A DNA stretch of 59,013 bases, filler included, from Dimargaris cristalligena (Eukaryota): NCBI GenBank assembly GCA_003614675.1. It is 5 parts of 5 records of this genome, joined end to end, with 100 filler letters (N's around TTAATTAATTAA, not from the genome) between each part and the next. Parts side by side here need not be neighbours in the genome. Positions count along the whole stretch, not along the records: positions 1 to 11,751 come from ML003088.1; positions 11,852 to 23,601 come from ML003089.1; 3 more parts are not named here. One strand, given 5' to 3'. Below, one piece after another: positions 1 through 11,987 of the stretch. Below the pieces are notes generated by a model that worked only from the letters and a program-made list of their open reading frames with translations, searched no databases and was not told where the DNA came from. The translations under genes were made by a program, and so were the position numbers. How positions within the stretch are numbered: the stretch's first letter is position 1; every line of letters starts with the position of its first letter.

Positions 1-37
1 CATACCCTGCATAATAATAATAATAGTAATATAATTA

Positions 38-3010
38 GTGTGGCTTATAGGGGGACAGTACACCTTGCCACACCGCTGGTCCCGGGGAGGGAGGTGGTCA
101 ATACCAGACCATCGAATACAGGACCTGCAAGACATCCCCTCCCCGAAGACTGTCAAGGAGATACAACGACTTGCCGGGGGCGTGAACGCGATCTCAGCTC
201 ACCTACCATGGGTGGCCGCCCTATTAGCCCCGTTCTATGCACTGACGGGAAAACGGCGACTGACCAGAGCCGACCAGATAGAGCTCGAGCCTCACTGGGA
301 AGACCTGAAGCGGGCACTCTCGAGCACACGAAGCCTATATGAACCGAAACCAGGGGAGCCACTTACCCTACGAGTAGACGCCGCGGAAGCCGGAGCCGGT
401 GCTGTGCTATTAGCAAGGAGCCGGGAGGACCTGGAAGGGGAAAGGGTAGTGGCCTACTATAGTAAAGCCTTCGACAATCAACAGGGAAGAAGACATCCCG
501 GATTCCGGGAAGCCTGGGGGCTAGTTCGCGCAGTGAGACACTTTTACACTTATCTAGATGGAGTGATTGACCTGAGAGTAGAAGTGGATGCCACGACGGC
601 CCTCGGACTCTTTAACCATAAAGACACCTGCCAAGCCGATGAGTTGGGGGGATTCCGGGCAGAACTAGCGGCAATGGGAATCCATGCCGACATGATACAC
701 CATCGGCCGGGAGAAACCCACCTGACGGCGGATTGGCTATCCCGAGCTAAACAACGCCAAAGACCGAGAAAGCCCCCCCGACAGCCAGCCAACGTGGTGG
801 CCACGATACTGGCAAGGAACCCAATGGATCCCCACCGCGAGCCCGGATGGGAGGAGGACAGCGTCGATCACCCAGGGGAAACCGATACCAACGATGAGGC
901 CACAGACGACGAGGGAACGCTAGACCTAATCTTCTCCTCGGACGAAGAGGAGGACTCGACCAGGCTGCTGAATAGTCGGGAACCGGGAGAAACCACGATG
1001 CGAATGGCAATACCGTCGGCCTGGAGCTTGGACCTTACGCCCGAGGAGCAGCAGTTGGATCCCCAACTCGCTAAGTGGCATGCCCTCTGCTGGCGAAGGG
1101 ACAACGAATTAGGCCACGATGACTTACTCTACACGGAGGTACAAGATATGAGCATACGGGGGAAGATATTAGAGATCACAAAGTCGGACACTATGGCCGG
1201 GCTGATGGGGCTCTGGGTACCACTAGTGTCCGAGGGCCGGGCTAAGGCACAGGTGGAACAGTGGCACCGAGACCTCTGTCACCCGGGCAGAGACAGGCTA
1301 TACGCGTTCGCCAGATCCCGACTAGCGCAAAGTAATCTGAGGAAGCTGATCGACCGGTATACCCGGCAGTGCCACGTCTGTCAGATAAACGCCATACCGA
1401 ACAGACGGAACACACCCCGGACCACCACTACCGGGAAATGGGCCCCCGGAGAGCACATATACGTTGACCTCGGACACATCGGGAACATAGGGGATGACGA
1501 AGAAACCCAATTCTTGGTGGTTGCTGATGCCACCAGCCGATTCTACCAAGTGGTCCCCCTAGCGCAGACGACTGGACGAGACATCACCGAGGCTATCCAA
1601 GACAACTGGATCCGGATATTCGGTAAGCCCAAACGCCTTACAAGCGACAACGGACCGCAATTCGTCTCAGAAACCTTTGAATCATACCTGAGAAAACTGG
1701 ACGTACGGCACATCCGATCCTCAGCATATCGACCGATTGCAGAACTGGCCGAGCGTTACGTAGGCCTCTTCAAACAAGCCCTACGAAAATGTTTGAGCGA
1801 ACAGGGGATGGCCGATGGATGGACGAAATATATACCCCAAATAACAACCACCCATGCCATGATACCAGATGACGAAATGGGACTGACACCCTGGGGAGCG
1901 TTGCGAGGAAGAACGGGAATGCCGGACGAAGAGCGATGGGTGACCCACCGTGAAGACTGGGCTTGCCCGGAAAAGGTAGCGAAATGGGTATTAGAACAAA
2001 CCGAGGAAAAACGTGGCCGAGTCAGGCGACGGGCTATGGAAAGGGAAAATGAAAACGTGACGAGGAAACAATACGAGGAAGGATCACTAGTAACGGTGAA
2101 GATACTCCCCAAACCGACCAACCTAAGTGCCCAAGTGGAGCGAAGGAAGGGACCGTACCTGGTAGCGGAAAGGTCAGGGGTTATATACCGACTAGCAGAG
2201 CTGGACGGAAGACCCAAACCAGGTACCATTCATGGGGACAGACTACTCCCGTACTACATGGATGAGGTAACTGATACCGTCCAGGAACAAGCTCCCACCG
2301 GTGAAGTCAGAGCCACACTAATTCAGGCAAGTCTAGCACCACAGGAGGAGGTACTCAACCAGGATGGACCAATTGAATTGTTGGAGAAGGATAACCTCCC
2401 CGAGCCAGAGTTAGATATCGCCCCCGACCATCACAAGGAGATGCCTACGAACGCCGAGGAGACCGCGGAAAAAAGCTACCGAAATAAGGAGGCCCCAGAA
2501 AAAGCTTCTCCCCGGGAGATTGATGGCGGGACATCATTATCTCGGAGTCTAAGCCTGATACAGCTAGTACCGCCCACGGAGCTTCCAACAACGCCACCAC
2601 GAAGCAACGTCGGACCGGGTTTAACCGCAAGGAGACTCAGTACCCCTACGTCACCCGTCACCGAGCCAAGGTCCCCCTCGCCGATCTCTAGGTGGATCAC
2701 ACACGACAAGCGTCCGGCCACCTCCCCCCCCCACCACCCAACAGGGGGGGAAAGATGGGAGAAACGGAACAGGGGAAGCCAGAGCCCCACAACACAAGCC
2801 TTCCCCCACCTTAGGCAACGACTCGACGAACACAACCCCCGAACCGACACCCAAGGAAATTCAGTTGACGACGCGCAATCACGCGCGGGTATTTTGCAAC
2901 CGCCCGACGAATCCCCGGCCCGCTCTCCCTCCCCATCACGTGACAGAACTCCGGCCGGTCCCCCAACGAGCGAAGCAAGCGCGATAAGCGCCGGAACCGA
3001 AGAACCGTAA
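38..3010 (+). mobile_element. Ty3/gypsy LTR-retrotransposon pol, 5'-truncated (RT thumb, RNase H, integrase, low-complexity tail)
   Basis: Single open frame. RT C-terminus PSPKTVKEIQRLAG..LAPFYALT; RNase H VDA/E/VDA/ADWLSR; integrase HHCC (WH..CHPG...CHVC) and D,D(35)E (YVDLG, SDNGPQF, AERYVG); GPY motif. RT-RH-IN order indicates gypsy. The start at 38 is not a real initiator; homology begins at about 65-100. Confidence 0.93.
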
Positions 3011-3096
3011 TCGAAAGCGTAATTATAAATTAAGCGAAGCTATGCAAAATCGAGGAAAAGTGTGTTTCAATAAAATATTTAACTTATTAACTAACA
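2756..3096 (+). repeat. Possible 3' LTR of the gypsy element
   Basis: Purine tract AGGGGGGGAAAGA (2743-2755) is followed by TG. The segment ends in TAACA (3092-3096) and contains TTATAAAT (~3023) and AATAAA (3069). No second LTR copy is available in the window for confirmation. Confidence 0.35.
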
Positions 3097-4143
3097 TTCA
3101 TAATTCACCCAAATTTACCCTATCCCACCTCGGACTCGAACCCTACTGGTAAAATCCCTCGGTCCACCTCGACCCCATTACAGGGGTACTATGGGGGAAA
3201 CTTGTAGAGACGATCATGGGGTACCCATCAACCATTTTCCACACCATGTTTGGCCTATGGATCGCCCCATCGTGCCTACTTGAAACTCCGCATTGGCCAT
3301 GCTTTCCAACAGGTGTTCCCTCGACCGGTAGTTTGAAACAGGCATACATAATCCATCAAGCATTTTGTATAGTTGTCATGTGTTCTGCAGCCTTATGGTA
3401 CTATTCTAGCCGCTTGTCTAATAGGACACCCCAAGGCTCGACTTATAAAACTACACTATACCACCCCAAGGTCTGGCTTAGTTTACCCTAATTCTTTTTC
3501 CAGGGACCTGCCCAACGGCCGATTTTCTTGGGCTAGTGGACTAGCAGCAGCCTATTGTTTACGGTGCCCCCTTGTTATAGTCGCCAGTCCCTCGATGCGG
3601 AGAGCTTGTAAGGGGAAAGTGGTCATGCAACATGGGTTCACTGTTAAAGGACAGAGAGTGGTGTACCCCGGGAAGAACAGTCATTCTCCCTCCTAATGAT
3701 CTGTTTACCTAACACGTCAATGTGCCTTTAAACCTTCAATTTTGGGCGCGCGCCATTGTCCAGAGCATATTAGAATAAAAAAACAAGTGCGTCGCCCTTG
3801 GAGGGTGAAACAAATAGTGGCAAACGCCGCAAAATACCAGAGTTCCCTCGAAAGTGTCGCCCCAGCGAATTCTACCCCATCACTGCCACTCTCCAGGTAT
3901 GAATGAAATTGAAACATTCTTTGGAGGTTGGGTTAATAGGGCAGATATTGTATATGGCACCCCCCCTTCACCTACCACACTATTCGGCTACCATATTGTT
4001 GTGCAACCACTGCTCTACACTCCGTTTGATTACTAAACCTCAGAGGCCCCCATTCTCTTTCGAACCCGCTCTATCGTCCGCTTCACTAGTCGTTATTCCC
4101 CCTATTGGTTTGCATTGAACCTCGTCGAGTCATTCTAGTCATA

Positions 4144-4437
4144 ATGGACATGTACGAAGACACCCCTCTGCCTCCGTCTCCGGCCTCGCCGGTCAATTTC
4201 ACCCCATTCCCCTGCTATTCGATGCGAACTACGGTCGGACCCAAAGTGACCGCCCTCATTGAGCACTACTGCATTCCCTCTCAGCTTACCAATACTGTCG
4301 GCACCGTGAGGTCCACTATTGTTCGACATGGCGAAGAGTGGGCTTCCCCGAGTATCACCCCGCTATTAGAGTCCGAGACCTACCAACCTTCAGAGGCCTG
4401 TAAGTCAGCCGAGTTTACTTTGGAGGCCGCGCACTAC

Positions 4438-4468
<31 letters not shown>

Positions 4469-7400
4469 GAGGGGAGAGGGGGAGAAAAAGGTAGCCAAAC
4501 TTCTCCCCAGTCGAGTTGGCCGAGGATACCCTACCCTACTCCCCCTCGTAGTTTGTGACCCCGGGCCCCGGCCTCATTGATTGACTGGCCCGGGCTTATC
4601 CCATGAGCTAGAGGCCACTACTAATGATAAAGGGGATGCTCTGCTTATGCTTGATTGAAATATCTGATCCTCCTCCCTTTCGGCCAATCTAGGGCTACCC
4701 CTGTTCGTGCTGGCCAGCTTCCAAAAGATCCGGCAGTATTCCGAGGATCTGAATTTCATCGCCGACGTTCTGGGGGATTCCAATTATGTGGAACTCAGCC
4801 CGGACCGCCGGTTTGTGCGCCGGCGACCGGGCGCGAACGAGTCCGCCACCGTTGTCGCGAAGGAGGCGTGCTCGGTTCAGGTTCGGGGATTCACTCCCGA
4901 TGTCTCGGTGGCCGACATCACCCACTTTTTCGGCTCGGTTGGGGAAGTGCAGTCCGTCGTACCGATACCCCGATTGACCAATCCCTTGATTATGGTAAAT
5001 ACAAATGTCCTACTCAGCTAGTTGGTGTATCCATCCGATCGAATCGAGAGTGTGGCCGGCATTTTGATTCGGCCACAATTCGACCAATTCGCGGGGTCTA
5101 TAGCCTCTGCCTGCCATTCCACTACGTGCTGTCTAACCGCTACCTGATTTTGCCTTCGCCCCTTCCTTCCTTTTTAAAAAATATTATAATGGTCGATTTT
5201 TAGGACACGCATCTAGTGCGATTCTCGCAACCCGATTCTATTGGCAAAGCCGTGAAACATCTACGCATCTACCAGGACCGACCCTTGTATTATACACGGA
5301 TAATGTAAGTAATGGAATGATGATTCCGCCCCCCCCCCCCAAAAAAAAAGTGGCTGCCGCGTGGTTTGTGAGACCAACCATATGGGACTAGACCGCCCCT
5401 GTACTATTCCAGAGAATTCGGACCAGATGATGTCCGCCTCGATGCGGAGTAGTGTGGCCTTTATATATACCATTTTAAACCGAGACCAGGGTCTAATCTA
5501 CGAAGAGTGCCTCACTGCTGCTGTCATATGTTTCCGGGATACGGTACATCGACATAGTCCCAATATTCAGAAATCGGCCAAGTCCAGAAAGAAGAACGGC
5601 AGTGGTCAGCTAACCGCTCCTTCTGAGCGCTGTAGCGACACAACCATCCAGGTTTTGCATATCGAACCCTCATCCACTCACGCCGATATTAGGGTAAGTT
5701 TTTCTAGCCTATGCCCCCCACCCCTCCTCCTTCCCTACAGCTCGCGTCACTGGACTGTGCTGAATTGGCACACTTACACATCGGAAAAAACAACACCGAT
5801 GAGTCCGAATTTAGTGTATACACCCCCTCCCCCTTCTCACCCCCCTTTCGGCCCTGGGGGAGCCAAAGGCGCTTTATTGACTAAGTTGCACCCAACCACC
5901 CTGCACACCAAGGGCTGTCGTCTATTGTTCGTCATTGACATCTTCTTTGCTTCTATTCTGGGAGCAAAACAATGTTAACAGTAGAACGAACGGAAGGGGG
6001 AGAGAGAACAGAGAGCGAAGGGTAGAGAATGGGCCTTGGCTTCTCGTTTCCTCCTTGTCCTTCCCCTCTTATTTCGCTCTCCTTATCCTTCTTCTCCTTC
6101 ACAGCCATCATCCTCATTTATCCTTTGGTGGTGGACCAAATCCGTCCAACGCCCAGTGATTTGGTGCAGCCTTTGGCTGACTCGTTCTCACAGCTGCTTG
6201 TTGGCAGCCCAATGGTCGCACTCAAGCTGCATGGGCTATGCAGCTGCACCCGACGCTGGGCTGTGGGGCTAGCGAACAAGAGTGCGGCTGATAAAGACAT
6301 CTCCTCCACCCCTCGCCTAGAGGATCTTTATTGACCGCCTAAGATGGACAACGCGAACAGGGCATGTGGAGTAGGAGGAGGAAAAAGGAAGGGGGAGTAA
6401 GCGAACGAGAATGCATTCGGTCGTATTTAAAACGAAGGCCCTCGGCGTATGAGCCCACATATCTAGTCCTCTCTGCTTATACGTGCCTCTTCGTTGTAAC
6501 CCCAGCCGACCCACCACTAACTTTGCATCACCACCCAAACACATCCTCCTATATTTATTTACATACTCTCCCCAACGGACCCCATCCGAATGGACACACA
6601 ACCCCCCATGGTTACCCATATTGGCCAGCGTGCGTTTGTACAATATGCTAAGATCCATAGCATCGACTACCACCGGGACGATACATCAGGCTACTTGCGC
6701 TTATCGGAACCGGGTGCTAAAGAACTCGTTGAGAAACTACGCCAATTAAATCCCCGGGTGAATGGTTATCCCGTGGAACTTCGGGCTTTGGAAGGTAAGC
6801 AAGGAGCAGTCCATGGGTGGAGTGTAGTTGAAGGGGGGGGGTTCCATCTCCCGCCCCAGCCCCCCTCTCTACAGGCCTGATGTAGGTAAGGGTATTGCCT
6901 CCCTCCGATGGCTATGTAGGCATCACCATGGGCCTATTTCTATATCTAACCTTTTAATGTACGCTGGTATGTGTCATCACCCTCATCTAATCATATGGAA
7001 TGCTTAGCTGAAAGTGAGCGGATGTACTGGGATACGGTAAGAGAGTACCGCCAGGCCCTCACTACGACCCGGACAGCCAACCCTAAGAAACCGATGCCCC
7101 GCCGGAAATCCAATGCGGCCAAAGCCGAGGCCAATGCGCTGGCGGCTGGTCAAGCGGCAGGAGCGATGACCCCCCTGTCGCCGACCGCCAAACCCTACCG
7201 GCCCGCCACGGGCGAGATGAACCCCAATTATATCAACACCCGTCTGTCCAAAATGCTCAATCGCATGCGGGTGGAACCGAAGGCGGTCCAGAAACCGAGT
7301 TCGTTAACGGTCGATATGGTGATGGCTTTCCAGCGCGACCAGGAAACCGTGCAAGTCGACTCCCCCGTAAGCATCAGTCCAACGAGTAAGGCGGGAATTA

Positions 7401-7471
7401 CCCGGCCTCCGCTATTTTCACCAACCTCTCCTCCCTCAGGCGCAGCTCATTTCACCTCCATGGAACTGTAG
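4144..7471 (+). CDS. La-related protein, LARP7/Pof8/p65-like (degenerate La motif, RRM1, C-terminal xRRM), about 474 aa
   Basis: Exons 4144-4399, 4693-4994, 5204-5304, 5558-5693, 6629-6794, 7008-7471 join in frame with GT-AG sites. La motif W-LPLFVLASFQKIRQ..VELSPDRRFVRR; RRM SVQVRGF; xRRM IHSIDY..SGYLRL..LRALE.ESERMYW. Confidence 0.82.
4439..4468. repeat. Compound (TG)n(AG)n microsatellite in intron 1 of the La-related gene
   Basis: Directly visible tgtgtg...agagag run. Confidence 0.9.
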
Positions 7472-9090
7472 CCCACTCCCCCCGGGGAGCCCCCTTTAGA
7501 AGGCATAGACAACCCGCCTGTTCACTTGGATTCCGGTTTTATGTTTGGACCCATTTCAATAACTTCACATTGGCACAGCCTCTCTGCACCTCTTTCTAAC
7601 TCTCTTTCCAACTCCTATTCCCAATCGACACTATCGGTATCCCATCCTATTGTTTCTATTACATTCTAAATAGTCATTGTTCTCGTCGATTTAATAATGG
7701 GGTGCTGAGCCACGTTGAGGGGGGGGTGCTTCCTATTAGAATGACCCTACATACGGCAAACATAGTATTGCCACGATGGGTGACGGGGAATATTAGAAAT
7801 GTAGCATGTCAGCTCAGCAGCCGATAATATCTTCCCCGATAATGAGACCTTCGCCAGGATGGACGCCAACCCTCCCTTCCCCAAATGAAGGTCACCAGGG
7901 ATGGAAGAAACGCCAGATATGATAAATAAACGTACACAATATTATTGTGGTTCGTTGTGGAGTAGTGTGGACTATTTGATTAGGGAAAGTTGAACATCGT
8001 CCTCACCCGCTTGGACTCAATATATATTTAGATAGCTGGCAAGACCGGAATTATAGGGAAAACGTTAAAGGAAACCTGCATGGCCCAGGGATTCGTGTGC
8101 GACAACGGGTGGGATTGACCCGGCCTTAGGGGGCACCCCTCGCTTACCATTCATTAGGCAAGAATACCGGAGTGGACCTTGGCTTAGGCTAGGGTTCCCC
8201 AGCAATCTCGTCATAAACTTTGTATCAAAAGACCATTGCCATTTGGGGCTGGCATCGATGCTGATTCTGCGGGTAAAACAAGCCAGGGAAAACTCGCGTG
8301 GTGCCACGATCGCACCGGTTCCCTTCGCACCCCTGCCACGATATTTCTAGCCATCTAGGGTCCGTTGGGTTCGAAGCGGGTCACACTTCCCCCTAAACCA
8401 AAAGAAGGGAAGTTGCTTCTGACACCGGCTCTTTTTTTCGCTACTTTATAGCGCACACCCTGTAAAACCCAAACAACTTTGGAACGCGAGGTATACTTTA
8501 AACCCATTACATTGACCTTCCGAGTCCTTTTCCACCCTCCCCTGGCCTTGGGTCTTTCCTTTGGCATCCCATTCTCTGGTTCCTTTGATTCGCAAGACCT
8601 CCCCGATCTTCCTCAGGACGCGCCGGACGCCTCTTCCCCGTGTGAATGGCGAGAACTCCGCTTATTTGTATTTGTTTCACTCCAATCCCCTCCCCTCCAT
8701 AGCTTTTCTTTTAACTACTTCTTTATCCCCAGCCCCGTGTATAGTTGGCTGTGAATTATAAACAACTTGGACTATTATCCAGTCCGTTCACCCTGCGAGA
8801 CCACTACGCCAAGCCGGCCCCATACTATCCATCGCGGACATTCTACTGCCAGTCCTGCGCTTCTCCGACCAATTCCTGATTTTGACCCACCCTTGTGAAT
8901 TGGGACCATCCAACTGCGCCAGTCGTCTTCCGCCATATTGGTTCAATTCGTATAGCCCATTGCGCTACCCTCTACTAAACGTGGCCGCTTCACCACTGGG
9001 TATCTCGTCAACCCGCTCCCCTTCGATATCCCACACTTCCGGTACCCCAGACCCCTTCCCCGCCTTTTCGCAACCACCCCACCGCCCTCC

Positions 9091-10703
9091 ATGACCATGG
9101 CCTCCAACGGACGTCGCCATAGTGATAATGACGAACCCATAAGCCCACCTACCCTATGGCAACGCGCCCAGAGTCAGTTAATTAAACTCGAACAGTCCCA
9201 TAGCAATGCCTTTACCCACTCTCAAACCATTCAAAAGGTACGGCACCAGCTGGACGACGTGTCCGCCCAGTTAAATGGTGGCGACACTTCAGGAGGCGGA
9301 GGGGGCTCGGCATCTTCCCCAGTTGCTTCCGCATCGTCAACCGGCCCCGGCGGTTCCCAAGGGGTTCTGAAGGATAAGCGGAACCAGTTGTATGAAGACC
9401 TCTGCCATGTTTACGAGCTTGGTATCCAGCAGGCCGAGCAGGAACAAACCCTTATCCAGGAGCTATCGTCGACCTTAAAACGCCTTCAGAAAGCCGTGGC
9501 CGCCCCGGCCCCAAGTAATGAGGTATGTGGTTATATAGACCCATCGGTAGTATCGAGGATACTTGAATGGAAACCACCGCCCTTCTTCCGCCTTGTTTTT
9601 TTGGTTTGCTATACGGGTAGTGGTTGACATCTCCACTTCATGAATGGAACTCATCTTTTGTACATGACTTGCTTGTTGGGCCCCTTCTCACTGATACCGT
9701 TAAATTCCGCTGAATGTCGTCTATTCTCTTTATCTCGCCCATATAGACCACCAGCGGTTCTAAGGGCAATGGCCTCCGCCACAGTTCACGCAACGGCCCC
9801 GATCCCCAAATTGATTATGACAGTGCGTCCTCCACGTCATCCTCTCAGACCCCCCCTGGGGCCTCCATTACCGTCGGAACCTATGTAAGTCAACTTCCTT
9901 GCACTAAACCTCCTATTCTAATGCTTTAATACTTTTAGTATGGGCTCCATGGGGCTTGAGCGTATTTCGTCAGCGTTAGCCATTCCCCCGGCAGCAGTCA
10001 CGCAGTGGGTTACAATAGATACGGTACCCTCGGTACCTTATATTGCACCCTTCTATGTAATCCCCCACCTAGAGCTACCCCCCCAGTGACTGTTGGTAAC
10101 CGCATCGTTAGTGCATGCTAATACAGTTGTCTAATCCAAAAAGACTGATGTATATCGCGGTCTAATGGTACTACTATGCTATGGCCTCTGTTTCATTCCT
10201 GCCTTTTGCGATACACCCAACAGGTCGCTGCGAAGACATCTAAGCCCAAGGACCACAATGAAGAGTGGATTCTAGCCGAAGTAACCCATTACTACCCGGA
10301 CCGGAACAAATACCAGGTGGAAGATGTCGTCAAGGACGAGTCGGGCGAGAACCCCAAATACAGCCTCAGCGGACGGAACCTTATCCCACTCCCCCACCCG
10401 GTACCTCTCTCCCCGAATGGCACTACCGTATCATCGGCTATGGTCAGTCAACAACGCCAGCGGCCCTTACCCAAACCGACCCGGCAATTCCAGCCTCGGC
10501 AGCGAGTACTCGCACTTTACCCCAACACCACCTGCTTCTACCGAGCCACCATCACTGGTTCCCTCGACCAGGACTCAACGTCAAACCACTATGCCCAGTA
10601 CGCACTGCGTTTCGAAGACGATGGGGATGTTGAGCGACGGGTCCACCATAGTATGGTTCTCGATATACCTAAGGCCCCTCCAACCAAACCCAAACCCTAT
10701 TAA
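9091..10703 (+). CDS. SGF29: SAGA-associated factor 29 (coiled coil plus tandem Tudor, H3K4me2/3 reader)
   Basis: Exons 9091-9522, 9747-9884, 10224-10703. Motifs ITVGTYVAAK, EEWILAEV, YQVED, VLALYPNTTCFYRA, YALRFEDD. Confidence 0.9.
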
Positions 10704-11751
10704 ACTCCCGGCAGTATTAGTATGCATACACTGTCTTACGGACCATGTGTGGATCCGTTTGGCTTAGATGGCCGGTCTGCATCCGATATTTACCGTCATT
10801 TATTCCCAACTGTTCTCTCTTTTTTTGTTCCTAAAAATATAACCCTTCATTTCTTTCCATTACAACTAGTATACCCCTTTTTCGCCGATGTCCATATTCC
10901 TCCCCTTGCGCCCTCGATCCCCCCTACTTATGACCAACCCTGGGTTTTCAATTAGATAGAACTTTAATGAATGCAATCTAGCCTGATCTTTGTATAATTT
11001 ACCCCGCCTTCAATTTACCTATGCCCCATTCGCCAGCTTATTCTAGTTCTCAGTCCAATATACTATAAAAAAATCGTCAATATTATTCCGACCCAATGTC
11101 GGGGATCATCTCCTAGACCTAAATCCATTGCCAAGCAAGCGGGTGACCCTTAAGTGAGTTGATCTTTAGGGTGAAAATGCAGGTGCAGCTTACTTTCATA
11201 TCGTTAGAATGGCTTAGCTGCACGGAGTTTCCATCTTTGTCAAACACCTTGGTGATTTTGGAACCCGCGTTTGTCCCCAATTCACGCCTGAGGAGTATAT
11301 AGGATCAGGGGTCCTCAATTCCCCCCTAGAGTCGCGTTAGGGGTTGCCACCCCAAATATTACATTTCAAACCTTCGCTGCGTAAAAATGTGGTTGCGCTG
11401 GTATAATCTCTTCTACAATTGGCCACATCGCGAACTCGTGGGATCGATGGGTAAGGGGGTGTCAATGTTGGTAATAAAGCGCGACAAACGACTCAATTTT
11501 ATTTATCAATATAATTAACATATTTTTGTCTGCCAATGTTGTGCCGCCTCCCCAAGAACCACAAACTTCGGCGGCACCTATTCCTAGGCCCAGGTCACCA
11601 GGACGTCCTCAGGACCGGTCTGGTGATTCCCCCAGACATCCTGCAAGAATCCCCAACCCGCCGGTACCGAATGTTCCCATGACCTCCCCAGTAGCTAAGC
11701 CACCAAGTTTATTAGAACAAACTCGCTCAGAACTTAATCCAAACCAGCAAC

Positions 11752-11851
11752 NNNNNNNNNNNNNNNNNNNNNNNNNNNNNNNNNNNNNNNNNNNNTTAAT
11801 TAATTAANNNNNNNNNNNNNNNNNNNNNNNNNNNNNNNNNNNNNNNNNNNN
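11752..11851. other. Artificial contig spacer (N44-TTAATTAATTAA-N44)
   Basis: 100-nt N run with a six-frame stop linker. Confidence 0.98.
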
Positions 11852-11987
11852 TCAGCGACCCGAACTCCAGACTAAACCCACTGACCACATTCCTTTTTGT
11901 TCCATTCGACACCCTACAACCTCACAAACTTATTGGAGTTGCCTCTATTGCCCTTCTGTATTTTCTGCAACCACTGACCACCCCACC

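Noticed and set aside
5317..5500. Box C-like ATGATGA in intron 3 of the La-related gene (C/D snoRNA)
   Set aside because: No downstream CTGA box D or terminal stem within the intron.
11526..11751. Pro-rich open frame at the contig end, possibly a gag start after an LTR-like AATAAA..TAACA
   Set aside because: No ATG, no diagnostic motif and no clear primer-binding site; truncated by the spacer.
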